51,688 nt of DNA from Candidatus Hodarchaeota archaeon (GTDB lineage Archaea; Asgardarchaeota; Heimdallarchaeia; Hodarchaeales; Hodarchaeaceae), in the NCBI GenBank assembly GCA_016839815.1, contig JAEOTM010000137.1, forward strand, positions 1-51,688. The letters run 5' to 3'. Under the pieces are notes generated by a model. The model had not been told where the DNA came from and searched no databases. It worked only from the letters and a program-made list of their open reading frames with translations. A program made the translations under genes and the position numbers. Each line of letters begins with the position of its first letter. Position 1 is the stretch's first letter. Shown one piece after another: positions 28,430-37,821 of the stretch.

Positions 28430-30718
28430 TTATTTCATTTTTATTGTTAGAATTCGTTCTAGAAAGAAGTAATCATCAATCTGTAGAAAGAAATAATTTT
28501 TATGCCTTTCAAACGGTATAGGCGTGGTTTCATCATACAAAAAGGGAGTATTGTCTATTTGATGGCAATAGAGCTGTAATTGAAGAGTAATCGGTTTATT
28601 AAAGCCTATCATGGTGCAATGAATTGAAATATGTTTAGTACCTAACTTCTGATACGAAATCGTAATATTTCCTTCGTTTTGTGAAAAAGTGAACTGACTC
28701 CCAAGTAAATCCCCATTGAGGATTGGTGTAAGCGTCAAGATCCGATGGATTGCGTTAGTAGTGACCCCCATCCATCCACTTGAAAAAGTTCGCAGATACT
28801 CTGCGAGACTCCATGCCTGGCTAATAGTACCACGGGAATTACCTAGCAAATCCTCGTCAGTTCCATCCATAATCTCAGCTAACGTTCCTAGAGCACCCCG
28901 TGTTAATATTCGCTCGGTTAACACCGAAGTTAAGTGATTTGCTATATCTATCTGCCCATACTTCAATGAACTTTCGATAACTGGCCCCGATAACCAAAGC
29001 CATACATCTCCATTATGATAACTGAAATCATGGTGATCAGGCCCCTTTCTTGTACCATGATCATGCAATGGATGATAATTAGGATCATCAGGTGAGAGGG
29101 AACGAACACCTTGAGGAGCTAAGCAATGATGAATCACATCCTCTAGTACTAACAGTTCTTGTTTGGAATTTAAGAGAGGATTATCAGGAAGGGGTAGAGT
29201 TACTGCAAAAATCTCATTAGGTCTTTTTTGTTTATTTGGAGAATTATCCTCATTCAAATGGTCATATAGAGAATTATCTTTGGGATTCCAGAATTCTGAG
29301 AGGAAATTCTGTTTAAGTGAAACCATTCGGTCTTTCCAATTTTTAGAATGCTCTTTCTCATTCATTATTAACGCTAGTCGGCTTCCGATATCCAATGCAA
29401 CATAAAATAGTACTTGTACTTCTACAGCTCTATTAGCTCTAGGTGTGGCAATGATACCATCTGTTTGGGCATCCATCCATGATGCCCTGGGTTCATGAGT
29501 TACAAAACCTTTGGTATCTGTTCTAGAAATTTCTCCTTGAAGTGCTATTACTAATGCACTCCATATTTCTTGTAAAAATGTGGAATTTAGACCATAGGTT
29601 TGGAAAAAATCCCAAATTGCTCTAATAAACCATCCTGTGCCATCTGCAGTTTCATAATTTGGATAAGGATTATCCACTTGTATAATATTAGGAACTCTTC
29701 CGTAAGTTTGACTATCTACATTTTTATCTTGGGATTTCGCCATTGTTCGTATCCATTCACGTGCCATACTAGAATTTCCCGAACTCACAAGAGCACCTCT
29801 GAATGAGATAAAACTATCCCTACACCAATACTCAGGAAACCAATGAAGACCCGCATAGATTCCCTTTCCCTTTACATCCATTGACAAGCTATCTAAACTG
29901 AGTATTGCCCAATTTAAAGCCTTTTTCCATCTTGTATTTGCCAAATTAATATTATTGGCTTTTAATAATAATTTTAAGGGGTTAACGGTTGAATTCCATA
30001 ATTCTAACGTTTGTTTTCTTTTGAAAAGATTATAAATTTCTTGTGTCGACTCAGCAAACCCAATAAACAGAGTTACTGGTTCATCCTTAGTCAAAGAGAA
30101 AGAATTACTATTAAATTCAAATATAAACTCATCATCATGACCATCTCCACGAAAATGATCCTTTGAATAAGTTCGACCTAATCTCTTCATTTTATTACTA
30201 ATGGTGGTTTTTGGGAATAATGAAATACCTAAATATTGTGGCCCTCTATAGGAAGAAGGATCCATAGATAAAAAGAAGATACCATTTTCTACGTCGTATG
30301 ATGGAGTAGGTTTGTGTGCCTCCGCTTCCCAATCTCTTCGCATACCCACTTGAAGTCGAAATTGCACCTTAGCCGAAAAATCTGATCTGTATTGAATAAT
30401 CATAAGATTCTGATCTCTTACAAGAAAGATAGACTCAATAACATGTCCTTCTTCCTTCAAAAAGGTTGTTTCGACTTTATGGGGATATATGGAGGTTTGT
30501 ACGATATCCTTATCCGTTGTTACTGATGAAGTGTCTAACCAGAAATTCGTGATTGTTGTCCATCTATTTATTACCAGCCCGTGCCACTTTCGTGATTCTA
30601 ATTTATTTGTTTCAGAGGTCCAGTGCATATTTTTTCTATTGGTAAGAATATATTCATGTATATTATCAGGTAATACCGTTAATGCTAGTGAATCCAATTC
30701 TGGAACAGATCGAAACAT
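28430..30718 (-). CDS. Amylo-alpha-1,6-glucosidase / glycogen debranching enzyme (GDE_C)
   Basis: AGLHWFPEYWCRDSFIS, GRVPN, TADGT, SWMDA, RPNEIFAV, GVRSLSP, YHNGDVWLWL, SQAWSLAE; no signal peptide. Confidence 0.9.
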   Translation of the reverse strand: MFRSVPELDSLALTVLPDNIHEYILTNRKNMHWTSETNKLESRKWHGLVINRWTTITNFWLDTSSVTTDKDIVQTSIYPHKVETTFLKEEGHVIESIFLVRDQNLMIIQYRSDFSAKVQFRLQVGMRRDWEAEAHKPTPSYDVENGIFFLSMDPSSYRGPQYLGISLFPKTTISNKMKRLGRTYSKDHFRGDGHDDEFIFEFNSNSFSLTKDEPVTLFIGFAESTQEIYNLFKRKQTLELWNSTVNPLKLLLKANNINLANTRWKKALNWAILSLDSLSMDVKGKGIYAGLHWFPEYWCRDSFISFRGALVSSGNSSMAREWIRTMAKSQDKNVDSQTYGRVPNIIQVDNPYPNYETADGTGWFIRAIWDFFQTYGLNSTFLQEIWSALVIALQGEISRTDTKGFVTHEPRASWMDAQTDGIIATPRANRAVEVQVLFYVALDIGSRLALIMNEKEHSKNWKDRMVSLKQNFLSEFWNPKDNSLYDHLNEDNSPNKQKRPNEIFAVTLPLPDNPLLNSKQELLVLEDVIHHCLAPQGVRSLSPDDPNYHPLHDHGTRKGPDHHDFSYHNGDVWLWLSGPVIESSLKYGQIDIANHLTSVLTERILTRGALGTLAEIMDGTDEDLLGNSRGTISQAWSLAEYLRTFSSGWMGVTTNAIHRILTLTPILNGDLLGSQFTFSQNEGNITISYQKLGTKHISIHCTMIGFNKPITLQLQLYCHQIDNTPFLYDETTPIPFERHKNYFFLQIDDYFFLERILTIKMK

Positions 30719-30893
30719 ATCATAACGATTTATGGTCAGCTACATTCACCACAGCGGGACAACTGATGACAATTATTCTAATTGAAGCTTATGAATGTTA
30801 AGAAACTTTTTGAGGTTGAATAAGAGAGTTTCCTAAACGTCCACTTGAACTAGAATTTCCACAATAGAATACCCACTTCTGGATAATTGGTAA

Positions 30894-32336
30894 ATGCAAC
30901 GCAAAAAAATCGTATTGAGCTCATTGTTAGTAATCGGAATGTTGATCATGAATTCTACAAACTCTATTCCTTCCTCTCAATATAATTCCTTTGATGAATT
31001 TTTAGATGCAGTAAATCAAGCACTTTTGGTAGATAAGGATCAGTTAATACAAGAATATTTGGATGAGCAACGATTAGTTGACAATATCCCTGTTGTAGAG
31101 GAAAACAACTGTATTTTTCTCTATTATGGTAATATTACTACAGCAGAGGTTGCAGGTGACTTTACAGGATGGTCACCAGAATCAATGACACGAATTACGA
31201 ATACAAATCTTTGGTATCTTCAAAAGCAATTTCCTGCTGATTCACGCTTAGATTACAAGTTAGTTGTGGATGGAAACTGGATACTAGACCCCGAGAATGA
31301 TGCCTTAATCCTAGGGGGCTTTGGACACAATAGTGAAATTTCAATGCCTGAATATAAACCAGATCCAAGTATTCAATTCTATGATTATATTCCTCATGGG
31401 ACTCTGGTAACGATTCCAAATTTTTATAGTGCTACATTTGCGAATTATCGAACCATGAAAGTCTATCTCCCACCAAATTACGATCCGAACGGAACCACTT
31501 TATATCCAACACTCTACGTAACCGATGGACTCGAATATATCGAGATTGCTAAATTTGATAATGTTCTTGATTACCTTCTTGTCAATGGGTTAATCTCTGA
31601 AGTCGTAGTAGTGTTTATTCCACCCATAGATCGAGGTAGCGAGTACTTTGATGAGAAGTTGAAATTTCGAGAATTCATAACTACTGAAGTAATTCCTTAT
31701 ATTGAAACGAATTACAAGGTTTCCCAAAACAGAACAGATAGAGGGTTGATGGGAGCTTCTTTAGGTGGATACATCTCATTTTTTACTGGATTTAATGAAG
31801 AAAATACATTTGGACTAATAGCTTCTCAATCTGGTTATTTTCCTATGGATTTAATTGCAGCATACTCAAGTAGAACACCCAATATTAAATATTATGTGGA
31901 TATTGGTACATTTGAAACATCTGTTTCGGGAACAAACCTTTTTCTGTTTAATGAAGAAATGAATAATACATTAACAAGCAAAGGCTACACCTTCACCTAT
32001 CAGAAGATCAATGAGGGGCATTCGTGGGGAAACTGGCGTGCACACTTAGATGATATACTAACATACTTCTTTCCTGGAAGTGGAGAATCTCAGAATACAA
32101 CGATTTTCACAACCACTGAACCTATCACAACAACTGAAACACAAATCGAGAATACCTCTTCACAGTCTTCCCAATCCTCTCAATCCAGTGATTCAACCAC
32201 ATCTACATCTGAAGGTAAAACTACCCCGATTGAAACCTCAACCACATCTTCACAAGCCACAACAACATCATTCTTCACTTTTACGTCAATAACCTTTTTA
32301 GGAGTAATAAGACGTATCTTAAAGAGAAAAAGGTAA
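30894..32336 (+). CDS. Secreted anchored Fes-like alpha/beta-hydrolase esterase with CBM48/AMPK-like domain
   Basis: VAGDFTGW...YKLVVDGNWILDPEN (CBM48-like), VYLPPNY, LYVTDG, GASLGG nucleophile elbow, EGHSW; Ser/Thr tail + hydrophobic stretch + RRILKRKR. Confidence 0.85.
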   Translation: MQRKKIVLSSLLVIGMLIMNSTNSIPSSQYNSFDEFLDAVNQALLVDKDQLIQEYLDEQRLVDNIPVVEENNCIFLYYGNITTAEVAGDFTGWSPESMTRITNTNLWYLQKQFPADSRLDYKLVVDGNWILDPENDALILGGFGHNSEISMPEYKPDPSIQFYDYIPHGTLVTIPNFYSATFANYRTMKVYLPPNYDPNGTTLYPTLYVTDGLEYIEIAKFDNVLDYLLVNGLISEVVVVFIPPIDRGSEYFDEKLKFREFITTEVIPYIETNYKVSQNRTDRGLMGASLGGYISFFTGFNEENTFGLIASQSGYFPMDLIAAYSSRTPNIKYYVDIGTFETSVSGTNLFLFNEEMNNTLTSKGYTFTYQKINEGHSWGNWRAHLDDILTYFFPGSGESQNTTIFTTTEPITTTETQIENTSSQSSQSSQSSDSTTSTSEGKTTPIETSTTSSQATTTSFFTFTSITFLGVIRRILKRKR

Positions 32337-32764
32337 AAAAACTTATCCTATGAAATACTTCGGTTGTTAGTGTTCACTTCGTGTACAATGAGAATGTGTT
32401 ATCAGCTTTATATAGAGGGTGAATAATGTATCCACTTGTTTGCATATTTTTTCCTTGTTTAATTCTTCTTTTTACAAATTTTACAAATTTTTCTTTCAAA
32501 TTTCTCAACCTTCTGATCTATGATAGATACATATTCAGAAGTATTTATAGAGTTCTAAACTGGTGATTTAAAGGCCTCTACAATCAGGTTGATTGATAAA
32601 ACTTTGGGGTTTATTTAAGATAAAACAATCTCTCTTGAACATATTAATCAGATTCTTTCTTACATGTACTTCGAAAATCGAGAAATTATGAAATCCAGAA
32701 AATAAACTATTATATCAGAACAAAAAGTGACCGTATTCACATCATATCACATACAAAAATAGGT

Positions 32765-33601
32765 ATGAGGAAAATGAGTGAATTTGTATTTAATAATGGG
32801 GAAAAATCCTCTATTAGTGCTGCTTATTTAAAGAAATTTAATGTAGCTATGGCAGTATTGCATTTAGTTCAAGCAATTTTAATTTTTGGATTAAGCTTAT
32901 TCATTGATGAGATTAAGAATTTTTCAGTTGATATTTATATTTCAAAACTTCAAGTAGTAGAATATACTGGAACAAAGCCAATATTTGGACCAGTTCCGGA
33001 AGTTTTATTTCCTTTTGAAAACATTGCAGGAATATTATTGGCAAGCTTTCTATTAATGTCCGCAATTGCACACTTCTTGATCGCTTATCCAATGAACGCT
33101 TCTTATGTAGAAAATTTGAAAAAGAAAATGAATCCAATTCGTTGGTGGGAATACGCCTTTAGTTCGTCTGTAATGATCATTTTCATTTCATTAGCATTTG
33201 GAATTCTAGATATTTGGGTAATTACTCTTGTATTTGTCCTAAATTTCCTAATGAACATGTTTGGGTTGTTAATGGAGAAATATAACCAATATACTGAGAA
33301 AACTAGTTGGTTACCTTACTGGTTTGGTTGGATCGCCGGGATAATGCCTTGGATAGTTATAGTCGGAACCTTTTTCACATTTGATTTAGCAGTTGGCCAA
33401 GAAATCCCGACTTTCGTATATGTAGCCATAATTATGTACTTCATATTTTTCAATAGTTTTGCTCTGAACATGTTCCTCCAATATAAGAAGACAGGTCCTT
33501 GGAAAGATTATCTCTTCGGTGAAAGAGGCTATATTATCTTAAGTTTGGTCGCAAAATCGGCGCTTGCTTGGTTAGTCTTCTCAGGATTAATTTTTGCTTA
33601 A
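32765..33601 (+). CDS. heR: Heliorhodopsin
   Basis: LHLVQ (TM1 His), SAIAHF (TM2 His), NPIRWWEYAFSSSVM (counterion Glu), YLFGERGYIILSLVAKS (retinal-binding Lys). Alternative start ATG 32774. Confidence 0.95.
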   Translation: MRKMSEFVFNNGEKSSISAAYLKKFNVAMAVLHLVQAILIFGLSLFIDEIKNFSVDIYISKLQVVEYTGTKPIFGPVPEVLFPFENIAGILLASFLLMSAIAHFLIAYPMNASYVENLKKKMNPIRWWEYAFSSSVMIIFISLAFGILDIWVITLVFVLNFLMNMFGLLMEKYNQYTEKTSWLPYWFGWIAGIMPWIVIVGTFFTFDLAVGQEIPTFVYVAIIMYFIFFNSFALNMFLQYKKTGPWKDYLFGERGYIILSLVAKSALAWLVFSGLIFA

Positions 33602-33648
33602 TCCTCCCCCATTTTTTCTCTTTTTTTTATTCTCGGGAAGGTGAAAGT

Positions 33649-34107
33649 TTGGGACGATTGAATCCAAAAAAACTACATCTTCATTACATATCACCAACGA
33701 CAATTGATTCTCCCATAATCCCACGAAAATATGCATTGACACATTCAGATCGTACTGGGGATTTATTTTTAACCGTAGCAAGTGATTATAATCATAAACA
33801 GCTCAAAGGTTGGCAGGCACGAATTATGCGCGATGAAGTCCTAGCAGAATGGCAGAGAAAAGAGAAAGAATACTCTTTACATGTGTATTGTAAAGTAAGT
33901 GGGGGATTAGGGCCCACAGGCTTTCGAGATAAAATCTTTCGACAAGAACTCCCATTGGTTCTTGAAGTCTTTCGTTATGGAGATGAAAAACTGATTTACG
34001 CATATCCTATCTTGGATAAAGCCCCAATTTGGGTAAATTTTCAATCAAAAAAGAAGAAGTTCAATAAGGTCGAGGAGTGGGGAACATTGAGTGACTATCT
34101 GATATAA
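33649..34107 (+). CDS. Staygreen (SGR) family protein, Mg-dechelatase homologue
   Basis: PKKLH, PRKYALTHSDRTGDLFLT, RDEVLAEW, LHVYC, IFRQELPLVL, YGD, WVNFQS, EEWG. TTG start at 33649 follows GGTGA at 33640-33644. Confidence 0.92.
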   Translation: MGRLNPKKLHLHYISPTTIDSPIIPRKYALTHSDRTGDLFLTVASDYNHKQLKGWQARIMRDEVLAEWQRKEKEYSLHVYCKVSGGLGPTGFRDKIFRQELPLVLEVFRYGDEKLIYAYPILDKAPIWVNFQSKKKKFNKVEEWGTLSDYLI

Positions 34108-34111
34108 TCTG

Positions 34112-34822
34112 TTAAAGTATTGGATTTCGTAAATCCTTTATACATTTCCGTCCTTCTGAAATAATACCTTTTAAAATTTCTTTTGTTATTTGCTGAGAGG
34201 TTTCTATTGAATTTGGTAAATTATAATAACGATCTAAGTTTATTGGTGATCCAAAATATATTTTTACCTTTGCACTGAAGTTAAGACGGAAGAATTTCCC
34301 AAATGGAATAATATTATTCGTTCCGTAGACAAAAACAGGAACAACCTTAGTGTCTGGACCAGCTAATTTAGCAATCCATCCTGCACCCACTTTGATTTTT
34401 TCAAATTGAATCTTTCCAGTTTTTGACCTACCTCCTTCAGGATAGATCCCGACAGTTTCACTATTTCTAAGTAAACTAAGGGTAGTACGGATGAACTTGT
34501 CTCTTTCTTTTGGCCCCCTCCCAACAGGGAATGCTAGCTCATACTTTGTCCAACGAAACATCATTTTCTTCATAAAATCGCTAGCTCCTGTAAATCTAAT
34601 AGCACGCTTAACTGGAAAAGCAGCCACAGCGGTAAAAACAGAGTCAAGATGACTTAAATGATTGGAGGTGAGTAATGTAGGAACTCCCTCATCTGGAAGG
34701 TTCTCTTTTCCAAATACTTCAAAGGGAATAAACCAAAATATGATTTTGGCCAAGTGAAGAAGGAAGTAATGAATTAATCGCCTTTGAAATCCAAGTTTTT
34801 TGGTAATCTCATATGGTTCCAA
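34112..34822 (-). CDS. plsC: Lysophospholipid / 1-acyl-glycerol-3-phosphate acyltransferase family protein
   Basis: SNHLSHLD (HX4D), FPVGR, YPEGGRS, VVPVFVYG, FGSPI. Confidence 0.85.
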   Translation of the reverse strand: MEPYEITKKLGFQRRLIHYFLLHLAKIIFWFIPFEVFGKENLPDEGVPTLLTSNHLSHLDSVFTAVAAFPVKRAIRFTGASDFMKKMMFRWTKYELAFPVGRGPKERDKFIRTTLSLLRNSETVGIYPEGGRSKTGKIQFEKIKVGAGWIAKLAGPDTKVVPVFVYGTNNIIPFGKFFRLNFSAKVKIYFGSPINLDRYYNLPNSIETSQQITKEILKGIISEGRKCIKDLRNPIL

Positions 34823-34960
34823 GGCCTATACCTTATAAATCTAGAATTCTTATTTCTCTTTTATTTTTTTTCGATAAAAAGCGAAAAATCTTTTAATATT
34901 CAGGCTAGGCTAGATTATTAACCAAAAAAAATAAATCTATTTCAAATCTGGGAGATTTTT

Positions 34961-35716
34961 ATGAGTACTATTGATGAAGTTTTTGTAATTCAAGATTCAG
35001 GAATTCCTTTATTCCATTGGTCTCGTATGGATGAAGATAATGAATCTGATGAATATATTTTACAGTCTAGCCTCTTCCAAGCGCTTTCAGCTTTTGCCCA
35101 GGAGATGGCTCATGATGAAATTAAATTTATAATATTTGAAAATAAATCCTATGCGATCAAAAATATTGGTAAACATAGAATGAAACTTGTATTTGGTCAT
35201 TTCAATTCAGATGTGGATTTAAAAAACAGTGAAAAATATATTCACGGAACAAGTGGATTTATTAGTGGATTTTTGGCTGGGAATTATCCCGAAGGATTAA
35301 ATGATTTTGTTGAGAAGCAGACTAAACACTTTAATGACACAATCAAAGGACACTTAATTAAGGAGAACATCATTCCTTCGCCTCAAATTGATAAGATAAT
35401 GACTGATGAACAGAATCGACAAAGAGTTCAAGGTTTTCTCTTTAAAAGTTTAGGGTACAAACCAGGCCAGTGTAATATTGGTCCTCAAGAACGCCAGAGA
35501 AGATTACTTACTGGATTCGGTTTTGGTGCCTTATCATTATTAATTTTGATAGGAACTATATATCTAGAAAATACTTTTGGGGATTATTCTGAATCATTAA
35601 GATATTTACGATTAATAATCGTTTTCCCCTTGTTTATGTCATTTCAAGGACTTTATCAGTATTTCTTCAAATTTTGCGTAACAAATGCTCTAAAAAATCA
35701 ATATTCTATGAAGTAG
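34961..35716 (+). CDS. Longin-like N-terminal domain fused to a two-TM CNIG...FC membrane module
   Basis: IDEVFVIQDSGIPLFH...SSLFQALSAFAQEM resembles Asgard longin-like domains; C-terminal YKPGQCNIGPQERQRR...FKFC is similar to ORF 41340-41753. Confidence 0.7.
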   Translation: MSTIDEVFVIQDSGIPLFHWSRMDEDNESDEYILQSSLFQALSAFAQEMAHDEIKFIIFENKSYAIKNIGKHRMKLVFGHFNSDVDLKNSEKYIHGTSGFISGFLAGNYPEGLNDFVEKQTKHFNDTIKGHLIKENIIPSPQIDKIMTDEQNRQRVQGFLFKSLGYKPGQCNIGPQERQRRLLTGFGFGALSLLILIGTIYLENTFGDYSESLRYLRLIIVFPLFMSFQGLYQYFFKFCVTNALKNQYSMK

Positions 35717-35725
35717 GAGATAAGA

Positions 35726-35905
35726 ATGAGCGAAAAGAAAGAAAGATTCTATTCACTAGATGCAATGACTACTATGTTCTATACAGGAAAGGTAGGCAAT
35801 AAAGAAATGCGTAGACGAGATTTCAGAAAAGCATTACAGATTACTGGATTATCAATAATCTCTGCAATTATTGTTACTGTAATGGCTTTTCTAGTAGAAT
35901 TTTGA
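35726..35905 (+). CDS. 59-aa single-TM protein resembling the C-terminal third of ORF 41340-41753
   Basis: Not in the ORF track. MSEKKERFYSLDAMTTMFYTGKVGNKEMRRRDFRKALQITGLSIISAIIVTVMAFLVEF; GGAGA RBS at 35716-35720. Confidence 0.7.
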   Translation: MSEKKERFYSLDAMTTMFYTGKVGNKEMRRRDFRKALQITGLSIISAIIVTVMAFLVEF

Positions 35906-35935
35906 TCTTACTACAAGAAACTCTAACCGTAGAAA

Positions 35936-37630
35936 TTACACGTCATCTTGCGCTTGTAAAACTTTTCTGTCAATTTTACCAATACCTGTTTTAGGTAACA
36001 GATCAGATCGAAATTCAACATATTTTGGTATCTTGTAAGATGCAATTTTCCCTTTTAGGTGATTTTTGACCTCTTCATCTGTTAATACTACTCCCTCTTT
36101 TAGTACTGCAATCATTTTTACTGATTCTCCTTGGTACTCATCTGGAACTCCTATAACTGCTACTTCCTCTATTTGGCTAAATTCTTTCTGGATATAAGAT
36201 TCCAATTCAGGAGGAAAGACCTTATATGCAGATACGATGATCATATCTTTCTTTCTAGTTTGAATAAAAAAGAAACCATCTTCATCCATATAGCCAATAT
36301 CTCCAGTATATAGCCAACCTTCCTCATCGATTGTGAGCTTTGTTTCTTCGTCTTTATTGTAATAACCTTTCATTACCTGTGGACCTTTAGCACATATTTC
36401 GCCTGATGTTCCTTGGGGTAATTCTGTACCTGTATCTACATCTACAATTTTTAGTTTAGTATCAGATATTGGAATCCCGATACTTCCAAATTTTCTATTA
36501 TCTTTTTCTAGTGGATTTGCAGCTACCATAGGAGATAATTCAGTCATGCCATATGCTTCAACTACTATAGCATTCTTAAAGGCACCTTCAATCTCCATAG
36601 CTAATTCTGCTGGTAGAGGAGCTCCTCCAGAAAAAATGATCTGCAAGGAGCGCATATCATACTTGTGGAAATTGGGATTACTCATAATCGCCTTAAATAA
36701 GGTCGGAACTCCATGGAAATAATTTATTTTTTCTTTTGAAATAAGTTGTAGGATTGATTCAAACTCTCGAGGATTCGGAACGAGATATACGGTACTATCG
36801 AATTCGACAGTGGCTAGAAAAACTGTAGTTAACCCAATTGCATGGAAAAAAGGGACGGCTCCTAAAAATTTCTTATGAACTCCCAAAGGATGAGCAACTA
36901 CAGCCCATTCCCGTGCTTGACGCATATTACTGATGATATTCTGATGAGTCAGCATAGCTCCCTTCGGTGTCCCGGTAGTGCCTCCGGTATAGGCTAAAAC
37001 TGCAATATCATGCTCTGGGTCGCATTCAACACTTTTAAAAGAAGGTTCATTTTCATGAATGAGTCGTTGATACCTGAGAGCATTTTTTGGTATAGGGGGA
37101 CTTTTCGGTAATTTTCGGATTGCTTTGGCTAGGAATCGTTTTATTGGAGAAAGAAGGTCACCCAATGAAGTAATGACCATTTTTTCTGCATCTTGAAGAA
37201 CAGGACAATCAAAACAATCCTCTGCAAGTTTAGGGTACAGCAAATCTAGGGCTATTATCATTTTTAGCTCAGAATCAAGGATTATATGCTTCAGATCTTC
37301 TGATCCTAATAACGGAGAAATTAAAACAGTTGTAGCTCCTGTTTTCAAAATTCCATAAAATGCTACCACCCATTGGGGAATATTTGGTGCGAATATTCCC
37401 ACCTTATCACCTTTTGATATGCCTCTATTCAGAAGTGCATTAGCAAGTCTATTTGCTTGATCATTAATTTCTACATAAGAATAATCCATTCCAAGAATAG
37501 AAAGGAAAGGATGGTTCTTGTTTTTATTAACAGCCAATTCAAAATGAGTATGGATCGTTATATTAGGATAATCTAGATGTTTTCTGACTCCCTCTGGCCA
37601 CGATTTATACCATAAAGCTTCCATTTTCAT
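35936..37630 (-). CDS. Long-chain fatty acid--CoA ligase (AMP-binding)
   Basis: YTGGTTGTPKG, VPFFH, AYGMTELSP, GPQVMKGY, LYTGDIG, RKKDMI, LPKTGIGKI. Confidence 0.92.
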   Translation of the reverse strand: MKMEALWYKSWPEGVRKHLDYPNITIHTHFELAVNKNKNHPFLSILGMDYSYVEINDQANRLANALLNRGISKGDKVGIFAPNIPQWVVAFYGILKTGATTVLISPLLGSEDLKHIILDSELKMIIALDLLYPKLAEDCFDCPVLQDAEKMVITSLGDLLSPIKRFLAKAIRKLPKSPPIPKNALRYQRLIHENEPSFKSVECDPEHDIAVLAYTGGTTGTPKGAMLTHQNIISNMRQAREWAVVAHPLGVHKKFLGAVPFFHAIGLTTVFLATVEFDSTVYLVPNPREFESILQLISKEKINYFHGVPTLFKAIMSNPNFHKYDMRSLQIIFSGGAPLPAELAMEIEGAFKNAIVVEAYGMTELSPMVAANPLEKDNRKFGSIGIPISDTKLKIVDVDTGTELPQGTSGEICAKGPQVMKGYYNKDEETKLTIDEEGWLYTGDIGYMDEDGFFFIQTRKKDMIIVSAYKVFPPELESYIQKEFSQIEEVAVIGVPDEYQGESVKMIAVLKEGVVLTDEEVKNHLKGKIASYKIPKYVEFRSDLLPKTGIGKIDRKVLQAQDDV

Positions 37631-37821
37631 ATTTCCTGTGGAATGTTTTCATATCTCTCTTTCGATGATAAAAATAAATCAATACAAAGTTTCCCATTTT
37701 CAAAATAAATCGATGCTTAATTGAACATCGAATTATTGAAAACAGATATAATGGAAATAAAAAGTATTTGACCATTTTATTAAATGACACAAGTATGAAT
37801 TTGAAGTTGAGTTGATCTGCA

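Noticed and set aside
32367-32553. Minus-strand open stretch encoding ...ICKICKRRIKQG..., possible zinc-finger remnant
   Set aside because: No start codon after the upstream stop, the CKIC arises from a short TTTACAAAT duplication, and a convincing second ligand pair is absent.
33568-33648. N-terminal extension of the Staygreen ORF in the track
   Set aside because: Overlaps the heliorhodopsin end and a T-rich tract; family similarity and the RBS point to TTG 33649.
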